64,000 nt of DNA from an uncultured Chloroflexia bacterium (GTDB taxonomy: Bacteria; Chloroflexota; Chloroflexia; Thermomicrobiales; UBA6265): contig CAVRUC010000003.1 of assembly GCA_963724295.1 (NCBI GenBank), positions 32,001 to 96,000 of the forward strand, read 5' to 3'. Positions 50,852 through 61,770 of the stretch are shown piece after piece (position 1 is the first letter of the stretch; each line of letters begins with the position of its first letter). A program made the translations under genes and the position numbers. Under the pieces are notes generated by a model. That model saw only the letters and a program-made list of their open reading frames with translations, made no database searches and was not told the DNA's origin.

Positions 50852-51947
50852 CCGACTCGCCGCCACCGCGAAGTCGTCTCGCCGCTTCCGAATCGAGCGA
50901 GCCCCGGCGGCATCGCGCTGGACAATGGCCCTCGTCACCGGGCTGTCATTTCTCCTCGCGCTTCTTTTTGGAGGGATTGTCCTCTTCCTGGCTGGGGAGA
51001 ACCCGCTTCAGGTCTACCAAGCGATGTTCGAGGGCGCCTTCGGCGATTGGAACGGCGTGGCGGAAACCCTGGTCAAGACCACCCCCCTCCTGCTTGCAGG
51101 ACTCGGTGTTGCCGTCGCGTTTCGCATGCAGCTCTGGAACATCGGCGCGGAAGGGCAGCTCTACTGGGGGGCCATCTTCGCCACCGGCTTGGCTCTCTTC
51201 GTGATCCCCGGCGCCCCAGGTTGGGTGATGGTGCCGGCGATGGTCGCCGCCGGCCTGCTCGGCGGCGGGTTATGGGGGGTGATCCCGGGCGCGTTGCGGG
51301 CGTGGTTTGGAGCGAGTGAGATCATCACCTCGCTCATGCTCAACTACGTCGCCATCCTCTTCAGCGAGTATCTCGTCCACGGCCCCTGGCGGGACCCCCA
51401 ATCGTTCGGATTCCCCGGCACGCCATCCCTGCCGGACGCGGGCTGGCTCGCCCACTGGGGGACGACCCGCGTTCACCTCGGGCTGCTTTTCGGGCTCGTC
51501 GCCGCGCTCGTCCTCTGGATCGTGCTGCGCCGGACCCGCTGGGGATACGAGATCAGCGTCATGGGCGAGAATCCTCGTGCCGCACTCTACGCCGGCATGC
51601 CGACGAAGCGTGCGATCCTCCTCGTCATGGCGCTCTCGGGCGCTCTGGCCGGTCTGGCCGGGATGAGCGAGGTTGCCGGCATCGGACATCAGCTGCAACG
51701 CAACCTCTCGCCGGGCTACGGCTACGCCGCGATCATCGTGGCCTGGCTGGGGCGCCTGCATCCCTTCGGCGCCGTGCTGGTTGCCTTCTTGTTGGCTGCG
51801 CTCACGGTCGGCGGAGATCAGATCCAGATGTCGCTCGGGCTACCGGCCGCTATCGCCCCCATGCTCCAGGGCACGATCCTCTTCTTCCTCCTCGGCGGCG
51901 ATATCCTCACTCGATACCGCATAACGAGGGAGACGGGTGACGAGTGA
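50844..51947 (+). CDS. Nucleoside/purine ABC transporter permease
   Basis: NIGAEGQ, EIITSLMLNY and GENPRAA.YAG. Confidence 0.92.
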   Translation: MSSRLAATAKSSRRFRIERAPAASRWTMALVTGLSFLLALLFGGIVLFLAGENPLQVYQAMFEGAFGDWNGVAETLVKTTPLLLAGLGVAVAFRMQLWNIGAEGQLYWGAIFATGLALFVIPGAPGWVMVPAMVAAGLLGGGLWGVIPGALRAWFGASEIITSLMLNYVAILFSEYLVHGPWRDPQSFGFPGTPSLPDAGWLAHWGTTRVHLGLLFGLVAALVLWIVLRRTRWGYEISVMGENPRAALYAGMPTKRAILLVMALSGALAGLAGMSEVAGIGHQLQRNLSPGYGYAAIIVAWLGRLHPFGAVLVAFLLAALTVGGDQIQMSLGLPAAIAPMLQGTILFFLLGGDILTRYRITRETGDE

Positions 51948-52095
51948 CGAGTGACGGGGTGACAGAGGGCTTAGGGTCGCGGTTTGCCATGACCGGAGCA
52001 CCACGTCGGGAACGGGGGCGACGCGGGCTGCGCCCCTACCGACAACCTCTTCGTCTTCTTCTCGACTTCTCGACTTCTCGACTTCTCGACTTCTC
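51930..52095. repeat. Intergenic tandem arrays (GTGACG[A/G] heptamers; TTCTCGAC x4.6) plus a REP-like GGGGCG...CGCCCCTAC hairpin
   Basis: gtgacga x2 and variants at 51930-64, ggggcgacgcgggctgcgcccctac at 52015-39, and ttctcgac x4 + ttctc at 52059-95. Confidence 0.75.
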
Positions 52096-52116
52096 TTACC
52101 GACTCATCGACTCACC

Positions 52117-53064
<948 letters not shown>

Positions 53065-53096
53065 CGAGCGTGTGGCAGCGGGATCGGACTTCTTCC

Positions 53097-53915
53097 CTAC
53101 TTCCGCGCGATGAAGACCAGCATTGTGTCGTCAGCAGTTGGTTTCTTCTCGCTGTAGCCCGCACGCACTGAGACATCGGCGAACCCGGCGTTCGCGAGCA
53201 TGAGCAGGATCTCATTGCAAAAGTACAGGTTTTCCTGAAGGAGCCGGTCCTCCTGGGCCACGAGCCGCCCGTCCAGCCACAGCTCGGCGCGCATCTCCAG
53301 AGTCTGCCGCTGCTCCAGCGGGTCGAGATCGACCAATCGCACGCGGAGCCCGATCTCGTCCCCGCTGGCAGTCCGCTTGCGGGCTCCTGCCTCGGGCCAG
53401 GCCTCGGGTAGCCGCTGACGCTGTTCCGGCAGCCAGGTCGACCAGCGTTGCGTATCGTCGTTGGGAAGATAGTGACTGAACACAAGGGTTCCGCCGGGGA
53501 CGAGATGGTCGTAGCAACGCCGCAGCGCCTCGGCGTCCTGATCCCGCCGTCCACCGAGACCGAATGAATCGCAGATGTAGATCGTGCGGTAGCTCCGCGG
53601 CAGATCGAGGTCGTGCATGGCCTGCTTGTACAGCCTCGGAGTCAGTCCCTGTTGAGCGGCTCCTTCCCGGCAATAGGCGAGCATGTCGGGCGAGATGTCG
53701 CAGCCGTCAATGTCCAGACCGGCGCTCACCAACGGCAGCAGGAGGCGCCCCGCCCCGCAGGCGAGATCGAGGGCCGGCTGACCATCCTCCTCGACGATGC
53801 CGCGGTAAAAGGTGAGCTCGTCCGGGTCGGGTGCGTTGAACTCCGCCCACCACCGGGCGACCAGACCGTAGTGCCAGGTTTGTGGTTGCTCGCTCAAGCA
53901 ACGTGTCCGTTTCAC
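53097..53915 (-). CDS. Class I SAM-dependent methyltransferase
   Basis: LDLACGAGR, GCDISPDML and HLVPGG. Confidence 0.88.
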   Translation of the reverse strand: MKRTRCLSEQPQTWHYGLVARWWAEFNAPDPDELTFYRGIVEEDGQPALDLACGAGRLLLPLVSAGLDIDGCDISPDMLAYCREGAAQQGLTPRLYKQAMHDLDLPRSYRTIYICDSFGLGGRRDQDAEALRRCYDHLVPGGTLVFSHYLPNDDTQRWSTWLPEQRQRLPEAWPEAGARKRTASGDEIGLRVRLVDLDPLEQRQTLEMRAELWLDGRLVAQEDRLLQENLYFCNEILLMLANAGFADVSVRAGYSEKKPTADDTMLVFIARK

Positions 53916-54031
53916 GATTCCAGCCTCCGGCGGGGTCGCGGCTCATGGTCTGGATTATCATGGTCGTGTCGCTTCGCGGCGCGGCCTGGCGGCTCGATCG
54001 GCGCCCACCCGCTTCGGGAGGAACCAGACAC

Positions 54032-54961
54032 GTGGTCAGTCCGAACCTTACTGTTTCACCGCTCCCACGCTACACCCGGCCACACGAAGAGAGCATTGCC
54101 GCGCCCCTGGAAGGCATTATCTCGTTCGCGCAAAGCGACGCCGCAATCGACAACTCAACGCTTAGCCCCGGCTCCCGCGCCCTGTTGCGCGGTCTTCTCC
54201 GGGTCGGCTCGACGCGGATGTTTCCCGGCGGTGGCGCCGGGATCGAATACGGCGGACTCCTCAAGACCGCGGCTCGTCCCGACTACATCGCCGCCCACGT
54301 GTTGGAGGCGGCCAATCACCTGCGAGAGCGCCAGGCTGACCTGCTCCTCGTCCCGGGCATGTCGGGCTACCCTGTTGGCGCGATGTACGCGCTGGCCGCG
54401 AACACACCCGCCTTGCTCCTCAAGAAGTCGCAGCTGGGCGACGCCAATCCGAACGCCTACCCGGCCGGTGCATTCGTCATCCCCTCCTACACCGGCGAGG
54501 GCGACGTGGTGATGCACGCCGACCCGGCGGCCGTGGAGGATATCGTCGCCACCATCGTCGCACGAAAGCTGGCGGAACAGACCGGCCAACCGGTCATCGA
54601 GCTCGACCTGCGGGTAGCCGGCGCCGACGATATCATCGACAAGGCGACCATGAGCCAGGCCGTCAGCGAAAGCGCGGTCGTGATTGGCGAGGAAGCGACC
54701 GGTCGCTGCCTGGACAGGCACCGAGCACGGACTGGCGATCGACGGGCGGCAACTATCCGGGTCTCGGTCGTCGCCTGGGTCACCCCATTGATCAAGACCT
54801 ACAATCGCCCGCGCGAGCACCTCTGGCAGTCGTTCAAACTGCAACCGTTTGCCGGGCTCGATCTCTATACCGTCCATCTCGATCCGCCAGCGATCGGCGT
54901 GACCGGGGTTGGTAGCGTCGGTTTCGCCGCTGATGGAGAGGCGAAGTTTCTGGTACCTTGA
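54032..54961 (+). CDS. Divergent type I phosphoribosyltransferase-fold protein
   Basis: PGMSG..VG...A...LLLKK, IPSYT and a PRPP-loop-like VAGADDIIDKATM. GTG start after GGAGG. Confidence 0.55.
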   Translation: MVSPNLTVSPLPRYTRPHEESIAAPLEGIISFAQSDAAIDNSTLSPGSRALLRGLLRVGSTRMFPGGGAGIEYGGLLKTAARPDYIAAHVLEAANHLRERQADLLLVPGMSGYPVGAMYALAANTPALLLKKSQLGDANPNAYPAGAFVIPSYTGEGDVVMHADPAAVEDIVATIVARKLAEQTGQPVIELDLRVAGADDIIDKATMSQAVSESAVVIGEEATGRCLDRHRARTGDRRAATIRVSVVAWVTPLIKTYNRPREHLWQSFKLQPFAGLDLYTVHLDPPAIGVTGVGSVGFAADGEAKFLVP

Positions 54962-55033
54962 CCCCCTCTGCCGGATCTACCGGCCCGCCTGCGGCGGTCC
55001 GCGAACCGCCCGACCAGAGGAGGTCAAATCGCA

Positions 55034-55672
55034 ATGGCTTTCGAGCTTCCCTCGCTACCGTACGCCTATGATGCCCTGTCGCAGTCGATCGACGAAGAGA
55101 CGATGCATCTGCATCACGACAAGCATCATGCGGCCTACGTCAACAACCTGAACACCGCCACTGAAGGCACACCGTTCGCCAACATGAGCATCGACGAACT
55201 GGTGCGCAACCTGAACATGGTGCCTGACGACAAGCGGACGGCGGTCCGCAATAACGGCGGCGGCCACTACAACCACTCGATGTTCTGGGAGATCATGCGG
55301 CCGGGCGGCGGTGGCGCCCCGCAGGGTCAGATCGCCCAGGCGATCGACGACTCCTTCGGCGGGTTCGACGCCCTGAAGGCCGAGTTCAACAAGGCCGGCG
55401 TGGGCCGGTTCGGCTCGGGCTGGGTCTGGGTGATCGTCGGCTCCGACGGCAAGCTCTCCGTTGTTTCCACCCCGAACCAGGACAACCCCCTGATGTCTGG
55501 GTTCGTCGAGACCACGGGCTTCCCGGTATTCGGTAATGATGTCTGGGAGCACGCCTACTACCTTAAGTACCAGAACCGCCGCCCCGACTACCTCGAGGCC
55601 TGGTGGAACACCGTCAACTGGGACGAGATCAACAACCGCTACAACACCGGTCTCACCAATATGAACCGATAG
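55034..55672 (+). CDS. sodA: Superoxide dismutase (Mn-type signature)
   Basis: [23 protein letters not shown] and DVWEHAYY. Confidence 0.95.
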   Translation: MAFELPSLPYAYDALSQSIDEETMHLHHDKHHAAYVNNLNTATEGTPFANMSIDELVRNLNMVPDDKRTAVRNNGGGHYNHSMFWEIMRPGGGGAPQGQIAQAIDDSFGGFDALKAEFNKAGVGRFGSGWVWVIVGSDGKLSVVSTPNQDNPLMSGFVETTGFPVFGNDVWEHAYYLKYQNRRPDYLEAWWNTVNWDEINNRYNTGLTNMNR

Positions 55673-55775
55673 CTCTCCGCTTTTTCGAGCGAGAGACGAA
55701 TCGCCGAGGGCGGCCAAGAGGCCGCCCTCGATGTCCTTCCAGGACGTTCACCGGCGCCCAGGCGCGGCGCTGATC

Positions 55776-56300
55776 TTACCTCTTGGCACGCCGTCGCCAG
55801 GGTCCGCGTTCGCCAGGCGTGACGTCCCGCTGCGACGGTGGAATCGCCGCTTCCTCGACCATCGGTTGCAGGATCGCTATCTGGGCCGAAAGGCGGCGGG
55901 CTACCGACTCCGCGAAGCGCCGATCCAGCCGGCCAAGCGGCTCGGACTCGAAGAGGTGACCCCACGAGGTTGTCCAACGCTCCAGCTCGATCTGCGGTCC
56001 CAGGAGATGCTTGATCTCCACGATGCGCTGATCGAAAAACGCGAGGTAGGCCATGGTGCTGGCCGGTCCGTCTTCGAAATGGAGTCCGACCTCGACGCGC
56101 CCGCGCGCTCCATCGGTCCATACTTCGTAGTGAATTCGGTCGTTGCCATAGTCCAGCTTGAGCAGCATCGAGTTCGCGCGATCGTGAAACCGCGCGAGTT
56201 CCGGTGGCAGGTTCGCTCGCGCATCGGCCACGATCGCCGCGAAGAACTCGCGCCGGTTGAGACTGGAGGGACGGCTGATCGACCCGTTCGCGGGTCTCAC
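55776..56300 (-). CDS. Hypothetical protein
   Basis: Globular-looking core (IHYEVW...EVGLHFE...ELERW..SWGHL), convergent with sod. Start uncertain. Confidence 0.6.
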   Translation of the reverse strand: MRPANGSISRPSSLNRREFFAAIVADARANLPPELARFHDRANSMLLKLDYGNDRIHYEVWTDGARGRVEVGLHFEDGPASTMAYLAFFDQRIVEIKHLLGPQIELERWTTSWGHLFESEPLGRLDRRFAESVARRLSAQIAILQPMVEEAAIPPSQRDVTPGERGPWRRRAKR

Positions 56301-56502
56301 CGCATCCCGTTCGTCATTCGGCGGCCGAGGCTGGCACGCCCAATGCAGTACGCCATGGCGTGAGTGTAGCGGCACTCGTGGCTCCACTCGAGTGGCGGAC
56401 TCACGCTACATAGATGACGGAGTACAATGCCGCAACTGCATGCAACGTCCGCGTCGTTCGCTTGGACGCAACGCGGCTTCCTCCGCTGCCTTGGAGCAAA
56501 GA

Positions 56503-56664
56503 ATGCCTTTGAAATCTCCCTCCAAATCTCTGGGTGACAAGCTCGCGGACCTCCTTGACCGGCTGGTCGGTGGTCTTGCCCAGCCGCTACGTCCGGCGCC
56601 GGTCCCTGTACCGGTGCGTGTGCGTCGTCCTGAGGCGTCGCGCGGCGCGCGTATTCGCCGCTAA
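56503..56664 (+). CDS. Small protein (53 aa) with amphipathic helix and PVPVPVR motif
   Basis: GGAG RBS at 56493, ATG at 56503, MPLKSPSKSLGDKLADLLDRLVGGLAQPLRPAPVPVPVRVRRPEASRGARIRR. TACAAT -10-like box upstream. Confidence 0.6.
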   Translation: MPLKSPSKSLGDKLADLLDRLVGGLAQPLRPAPVPVPVRVRRPEASRGARIRR

Positions 56665-56895
56665 CCGCCGCGAGCGTCCGCGCGTTCTCCATACGACCCC
56701 TACGAGTTTCCGTGTAAAATCTCCGCTGCCACGCACGCCCAGCGCGTGCCGTGGCATTGTGTGTGTTCGATCGAGCGCGGCCACGACCGCAACACCGGCG
56801 ATCTCCGATTTGCTGGGCTATCGTGGTGTCTTTTGACAGAGCACCAGGCTGTGCCAACGGTTCGGGTAGCCGCTAGCGCGAGGTAGAGACGGATT

Positions 56896-58200
56896 ATGGA
56901 AGGCCAGACGGCAAGCTCGCTGATCGTCGGCGTGCCGCGCGAAACCGCTCCCGGCGAGCGCCGCGTGGCGATGACTCCCGACACGGTCAAGCGGCTCACG
57001 GCCAGCGGCGTCGTCGTGAAAATTGAAAGTGGCGCGGGTCTGGCCTCGGGACACAGTGATGACGCATACGTGGCCGCCGGCGCCACTATCGTGGCAAATG
57101 CCGCCGAGGCCTTCGACGCCGAGGTCGTCATCAAAGTGCAGAAGCCGGACGACAGTGAGGTTGCTCTGCTGCGTCCCGGCGCCACCATCATCGCCCTTCT
57201 GCAGCCCATGTCAAACGTCGATCTGATCCGCGAGCTGGCCGGGCGAGACATCACGGCGTTCAGCATGGATGCCATTCCGCGCACGACCCGAGCCCAGTCG
57301 ATGGACGTCCTCTCTTCGCAGGCCACCGTCGCCGGATACAAAGCGGTCCTCATGGCCGCCGACACGCTGCCGAAGTTCTTTCCCATGCTCACCACCGCCG
57401 CCGGCTCGATCGTCCCGGCCAAGGTGCTGATTGTGGGCGCGGGTGTGGCCGGACTCCAGGCTATCGCGACCGCCCGCCGTCTGGGCGCGGTCGTCGAGGC
57501 CTACGACACACGCCCTGTCGTCAAGGAGCAGGTCGAAAGTCTCGGCGCCAGGTTCGTCGATATTCCCGTCGACACAAGCGACACGCAGACCGCCGGCGGC
57601 TACGCCAAGGAGGTCTCGGCGGAGACGCTGCGCAAGCAGCAGGAAGTCCTCGCCGACCACGCCGCCAAGTCCGACGTCGTCATCACGACGGCCGCGGTTC
57701 CTGGCCGTCCGGCGCCACGCCTGATCTCGAGGGAGACGGTGGAACGCATGCGACCGGGGTCGGTCATCGTCGATCTCGCCGCCGAGACCGGCGGCAACGT
57801 CGAGCTGACCAAAGCCGGCGAAACCGTTGAGCACAATGGCGTCAAGATCATGGGTCAGCTCAACTTGCCCAGCACCATGCCTGTCCATGCCAGCCAGATG
57901 TACGCGAAGAACATTCAGAATTTGCTGGATCTGCTTATCAAGAATGGCAAGCTCGATCCGGACTTCGAGGACGAGATCGTCAAGGGCACGGTCATCACGC
58001 GCGGCGGCGACATCGTCCACGAGATGACGAAGCAGCGGCTGGCGGAGCAGGACTCTCCTGTACGGCAGCCAGCGGGCGCCCGGGATTCCGATTCGGCCCC
58101 GGATCGAGAGCAACCCGACGGTGGGTCAAACACAACCGCGGCCTCGGCCGGCGCCACATCGGACGCCGCGGCCGCGGGAGTCGGGGATTCCACGACGTAG
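56896..58200 (+). CDS. pntAA: NAD(P) transhydrogenase subunit alpha part 1 (dI)
   Basis: ERRVAMTP, PRTTRAQSMDVLSSQ, GAGVAGLQA, GGYAKE and DLAAETGGN. Low-complexity tail. Confidence 0.95.
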   Translation: MEGQTASSLIVGVPRETAPGERRVAMTPDTVKRLTASGVVVKIESGAGLASGHSDDAYVAAGATIVANAAEAFDAEVVIKVQKPDDSEVALLRPGATIIALLQPMSNVDLIRELAGRDITAFSMDAIPRTTRAQSMDVLSSQATVAGYKAVLMAADTLPKFFPMLTTAAGSIVPAKVLIVGAGVAGLQAIATARRLGAVVEAYDTRPVVKEQVESLGARFVDIPVDTSDTQTAGGYAKEVSAETLRKQQEVLADHAAKSDVVITTAAVPGRPAPRLISRETVERMRPGSVIVDLAAETGGNVELTKAGETVEHNGVKIMGQLNLPSTMPVHASQMYAKNIQNLLDLLIKNGKLDPDFEDEIVKGTVITRGGDIVHEMTKQRLAEQDSPVRQPAGARDSDSAPDREQPDGGSNTTAASAGATSDAAAAGVGDSTT

Positions 58201-58276
58201 GTAGACCAGACAGATTTCCGGGGTCCAGCGCCCGAAGCGGCGGACCCATTCAATAGATGGAGGACACGGGGAAACG

Positions 58277-58681
58277 ATGCTAGCCCTGAGACCTGGATTC
58301 CTGCTCATGCAAGTGACGACGGATTCGCTCCAGACGACACTGAGCGACAACGCGACAGTGCTCCTGCTCACCATCTATGTGCTCTTGCTGGCCATCTTCC
58401 TCGGCTTCGAGCTGATCGGCCGGGTGCCCGCCACGCTGCATACGCCGTTGATGTCGGGAACGAACGCCATCCACGGCATCGTCGTGCTGGGGGCCATGAT
58501 CATTCTGGGGAGCATCGAGGGCTCGTCACTCCTGGACAACGTGCTGAAGCTGCTGGCCTTCATCGCCGTGGTGCTGGGCGCGGCCAATGTCTTCGGCGGC
58601 TTTGTCGTCACCGACCGCATGCTTGAGATGTTCAAGCGGAAACCCGCCGCAGGGAAGAGCGCCGGGGCGGGAGGCAAGTAA
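58277..58681 (+). CDS. pntAB: NAD(P) transhydrogenase subunit alpha part 2
   Basis: VPATLHTPLMSGTNAIHG and NVFGGFVVTDRMLEMF. Start may be 58307. Confidence 0.93.
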   Translation: MLALRPGFLLMQVTTDSLQTTLSDNATVLLLTIYVLLLAIFLGFELIGRVPATLHTPLMSGTNAIHGIVVLGAMIILGSIEGSSLLDNVLKLLAFIAVVLGAANVFGGFVVTDRMLEMFKRKPAAGKSAGAGGK

Positions 58682-60090
58682 TGGACTGGATTCTCGACAA
58701 CCGGGTCGTTCTGATCAATGTCGCGTATCTGATCGCCGCGGTCTGCTTCATCGTTGGTCTCAAGCTACTCAGCTCCCCGGCAACCGCGCGCCGCGGCAAC
58801 CAGATCGCCGCGCTGGGCATGACGATCGCGGTCGTCGCCACGCTCTTCATGCCCGGCTTGCATAATATCTGGCTGATTCTGGTTGGCCTGGCCATCGGCG
58901 CCGTGGCCGCGGTCTATCCAGCGCGCTCGGTCAAGATGACCGCCATGCCGCAGATGGTCGCCATCTTCAATGGCATGGGTGGCGCCACGGCGGCGCTGGT
59001 GTCCCTGGTCGAGTTCCAGCACAAATCGGATATCGGCCGTGGCGAGATCGTCTCCATCGTGCTCGGCGTGATCATCGGTTCGATTTCGTTCTCCGGCAGC
59101 ATGATCGCCTTCGGCAAGCTGCAGGAGCTGATCTCGGGCCGCGCCATCTCTTATCCGAATCAACAGCAGGTCAATGGCGTCATCGGTATCGGAGTGATCG
59201 CCCTCGCTGTCGTCGTCATCGTGCTCGGGCAGATAGGCATCAGTTACATCCTGATCGTCGCCCTCTTCGCCGCCGCTCTCGTACTTGGTGTTTTCATCGT
59301 ACTTCCGATCGGCGGCGCGGACATGCCGGTCGTGATCGCCGTCCTCAACTCGATGACGGGTGTCGCGGCGGCGCTGACCGGCTTCGTGCTCAACAACCAG
59401 GCTCTCATCATCGCCGGCATCCTGGTCGGTGCGTCCGGCGCCTTCCTCACCCTGCTGATGGCGCGAGCCATGAATCGATCGGTCAGCAACGTGCTCTTCG
59501 GCGCCTGGGGCGCCGCCGCGGTCGGCGGAGGTGCTGGCGCGGGCACGGCGGCGGACTTGCCAATGCGCGAGGTGACGCCCGACGACGCGGCCGTGCCGCT
59601 GGCGTACGCGGACAACGTCATCATCGTGCCGGGCTATGGTCTGGCCGTCGCTCAGGCCCAGCACGCCGTGCGCGAGCTGGCAGAGACGTTGCAGGAGCGG
59701 GGCGTGCAGGTTCGGTACGCCATCCATCCGGTGGCGGGGCGCATGCCGGGTCACATGAATGTCCTCCTTGCCGAGGCCAACGTGCCCTACGATGACCTGT
59801 ATGAGATGGAGCAGATCAACGAGGACTTCACCAACACCGACGTCGCCATCGTCGTTGGCGCCAACGACGTCACGAACCCGGCTGCCCGCGACGACCCGGG
59901 CAGCCCGATTTATGGCATGCCGATCCTGAATGTCGATCAGGCGAAGACGATCTATGTGCTGAAGCGCGGCCGCGGCGCGGGGTTCGCCGGGATCGAGAAC
60001 ATGCTCTTCCATGACCCCAAGACCGCGATGCTTTTCGGCGACGCCAAGGACTCGCTCAGCAAGCTGAACGCCGCGGTTCGAGAAGCCTGA
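58681..60090 (+). CDS. pntB: NAD(P) transhydrogenase subunit beta
   Basis: MTAMPQMVA, IGGADMPVVI, PGYGLAVAQAQH, HPVAGRMPGHMNVLLAEA and GANDV.NP. Confidence 0.96.
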   Translation: MDWILDNRVVLINVAYLIAAVCFIVGLKLLSSPATARRGNQIAALGMTIAVVATLFMPGLHNIWLILVGLAIGAVAAVYPARSVKMTAMPQMVAIFNGMGGATAALVSLVEFQHKSDIGRGEIVSIVLGVIIGSISFSGSMIAFGKLQELISGRAISYPNQQQVNGVIGIGVIALAVVVIVLGQIGISYILIVALFAAALVLGVFIVLPIGGADMPVVIAVLNSMTGVAAALTGFVLNNQALIIAGILVGASGAFLTLLMARAMNRSVSNVLFGAWGAAAVGGGAGAGTAADLPMREVTPDDAAVPLAYADNVIIVPGYGLAVAQAQHAVRELAETLQERGVQVRYAIHPVAGRMPGHMNVLLAEANVPYDDLYEMEQINEDFTNTDVAIVVGANDVTNPAARDDPGSPIYGMPILNVDQAKTIYVLKRGRGAGFAGIENMLFHDPKTAMLFGDAKDSLSKLNAAVREA

Positions 60091-60227
60091 TCGGCTTGTC
60101 GGGAACACATTCTGATGCGCCGTCGAAATCCGCCGCGCTACCTCTTCCCAACTGTCGATCCCACCACATAAGATAGCGGGTAGCCCCGCGGAATAGCCGG
60201 CCAACGCCGGCGTGGTGGAGGGCGAAC

Positions 60228-61640
60228 ATGGGGCAGAACAGTGCCGTTGCCGGTGCAACGGGAGCGCCGCGTGGCGGTCTGCAAGGCTTCTTCCGTCTTC
60301 GGGAGCACGGAACCGACGTGCGGACCGAGGTGCTGGCCGGACTGACGACCTTTTTCGTCATGTCCTACATCATTGCCGTCAACCCGGCCGTGCTGGTCGC
60401 CGCCGGACTCGATGTGCGCGCGGTCGCGACCTCGACCTGTCTCGTCGCCGGCCTCCTCTCGATCGCCATGGGGCTCTACACGAACCGGGCCTTCGCGCTC
60501 GCTCCTGGTCTGGGTCTCAATGCCATCGTCGCCTACAACCTGGTGGGTACGTTGGGGCTCACCCCGGCGGAGGCGATGGGGGTCGTCGTCGCCGAAGGGG
60601 TGCTGATCACGGTCCTGGTGCTGCTCGGCGTCCGCAAGTACGTCATGGACGTCGTCCCGGCCGCGCTCAGCCGGGCGATCGCCGTTGGCATCGGGTTTTT
60701 CATCCTGTTCATCGGCTTACGCAATGCCGGCGTGATTACCTTCATTCCGGGGCAAACTGGAACTGTCGACGGCTTGTTGACTTTGACACCCTTGAACACC
60801 TGGTCAATCTTCGTGGCCATGGCGGGATTGGGCATTACGATCGTCCTGGTAGCGCGGCGCGTCCCGGCGGCCATCCTCGCTGGCATCCTAATCGCCACGG
60901 TCATCGCCTTTCTCGTACCGGGCGATGTTGCCCAGCTGCCAGCCGAACCGATGGCCGGGGCGGACTTCTCGCTGGTCGGTCAATTCAGCTTTGGCTTCTT
61001 CGCCAAACTGGGGCTTCTCACGGCGGTGCTGACGGTCATCAGCTTCATGTTGTCCGACTTCTTCGACACCATGGGTACCCTGATCGGCGTCGGTAGCGAG
61101 GCCGGCTATCTCAACGACAAGGGAGAGTTGACAGACGCCCAACGGCCGCTCCTGGTCGACTCCCTCGGCGCGGTGGCCGGTGGCCTATTCAGCGCATCGT
61201 CAGCGACCACCTATATCGAGTCTGCCGCCGGCGTCGCGGCCGGGGGGCGGACCGGACTCGTCTCGGTCGTGACCGGGCTGCTCTTCCTGCTCGCCCTCCC
61301 CTTTGTCTCTCTCGTCGGTGCCATCCCGGCGGCGGCGACCGCGCCGGCGCTGATCGTGGTCGGCGTGCTGATGGTCGGCGTGCTCTCGGAGGGAGCGTCG
61401 GGCCGGCGCGAAGCGATTGACTTCCGGAACCTCGACGATGCCGTGCCGGTGGTCCTGACGATGCTGGTGATGCCCCTCACCTTCAGCATCACGAACGGCA
61501 TTGGCGCCGGCTTCGTCAGCTACGTGCTGGTCAAGCTGGCGAGTGGCAAGGGACGACAGGTCCATCCAGCACTCTATGTCGTCGCCGCGGCCTTTCTGCT
61601 CTATTTCCTGCGCTGGGCACTGTTCGACGCTCGTTTCTAA
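60228..61640 (+). CDS. NCS2/AzgA-family purine permease (PbuG/PbuO-like)
   Basis: TEVLAGLTTF..MSYI..VNP, APGLGLNA, DFFDTMGT, TTYIESAAG..GGRTG and MPLTFSI..G. Confidence 0.92.
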   Translation: MGQNSAVAGATGAPRGGLQGFFRLREHGTDVRTEVLAGLTTFFVMSYIIAVNPAVLVAAGLDVRAVATSTCLVAGLLSIAMGLYTNRAFALAPGLGLNAIVAYNLVGTLGLTPAEAMGVVVAEGVLITVLVLLGVRKYVMDVVPAALSRAIAVGIGFFILFIGLRNAGVITFIPGQTGTVDGLLTLTPLNTWSIFVAMAGLGITIVLVARRVPAAILAGILIATVIAFLVPGDVAQLPAEPMAGADFSLVGQFSFGFFAKLGLLTAVLTVISFMLSDFFDTMGTLIGVGSEAGYLNDKGELTDAQRPLLVDSLGAVAGGLFSASSATTYIESAAGVAAGGRTGLVSVVTGLLFLLALPFVSLVGAIPAAATAPALIVVGVLMVGVLSEGASGRREAIDFRNLDDAVPVVLTMLVMPLTFSITNGIGAGFVSYVLVKLASGKGRQVHPALYVVAAAFLLYFLRWALFDARF

Positions 61641-61770
61641 GTGAGGAGGAGAAGGCGAGAGGCGGGGCGAGACTGCGGCCCGTCTCCGACTCACGGACCA
61701 GGTGAAGATGTCTGGAACGCACGTCTCGACTACTCGACTCCGCCTGCTGGTTCTCGACAGGAGAAACATC

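Noticed and set aside
52059..52095. CRISPR array (here and at other repeat clusters)
   Set aside because: Units are 7-9 bp head-to-tail with no spacers, and no cas genes are present.
56700..56895. Rex operator or NAD-responsive element upstream of pntAA
   Set aside because: No convincing TTGTGAA-N4-TTCACAA palindrome or recognisable riboswitch consensus.
60091..60227. Purine riboswitch upstream of the NCS2 permease
   Set aside because: Small hairpins exist, but I could not find the purine-riboswitch core (TATAA..., GTTTCTAC, CCGTAAA). An Rfam scan would be decisive.
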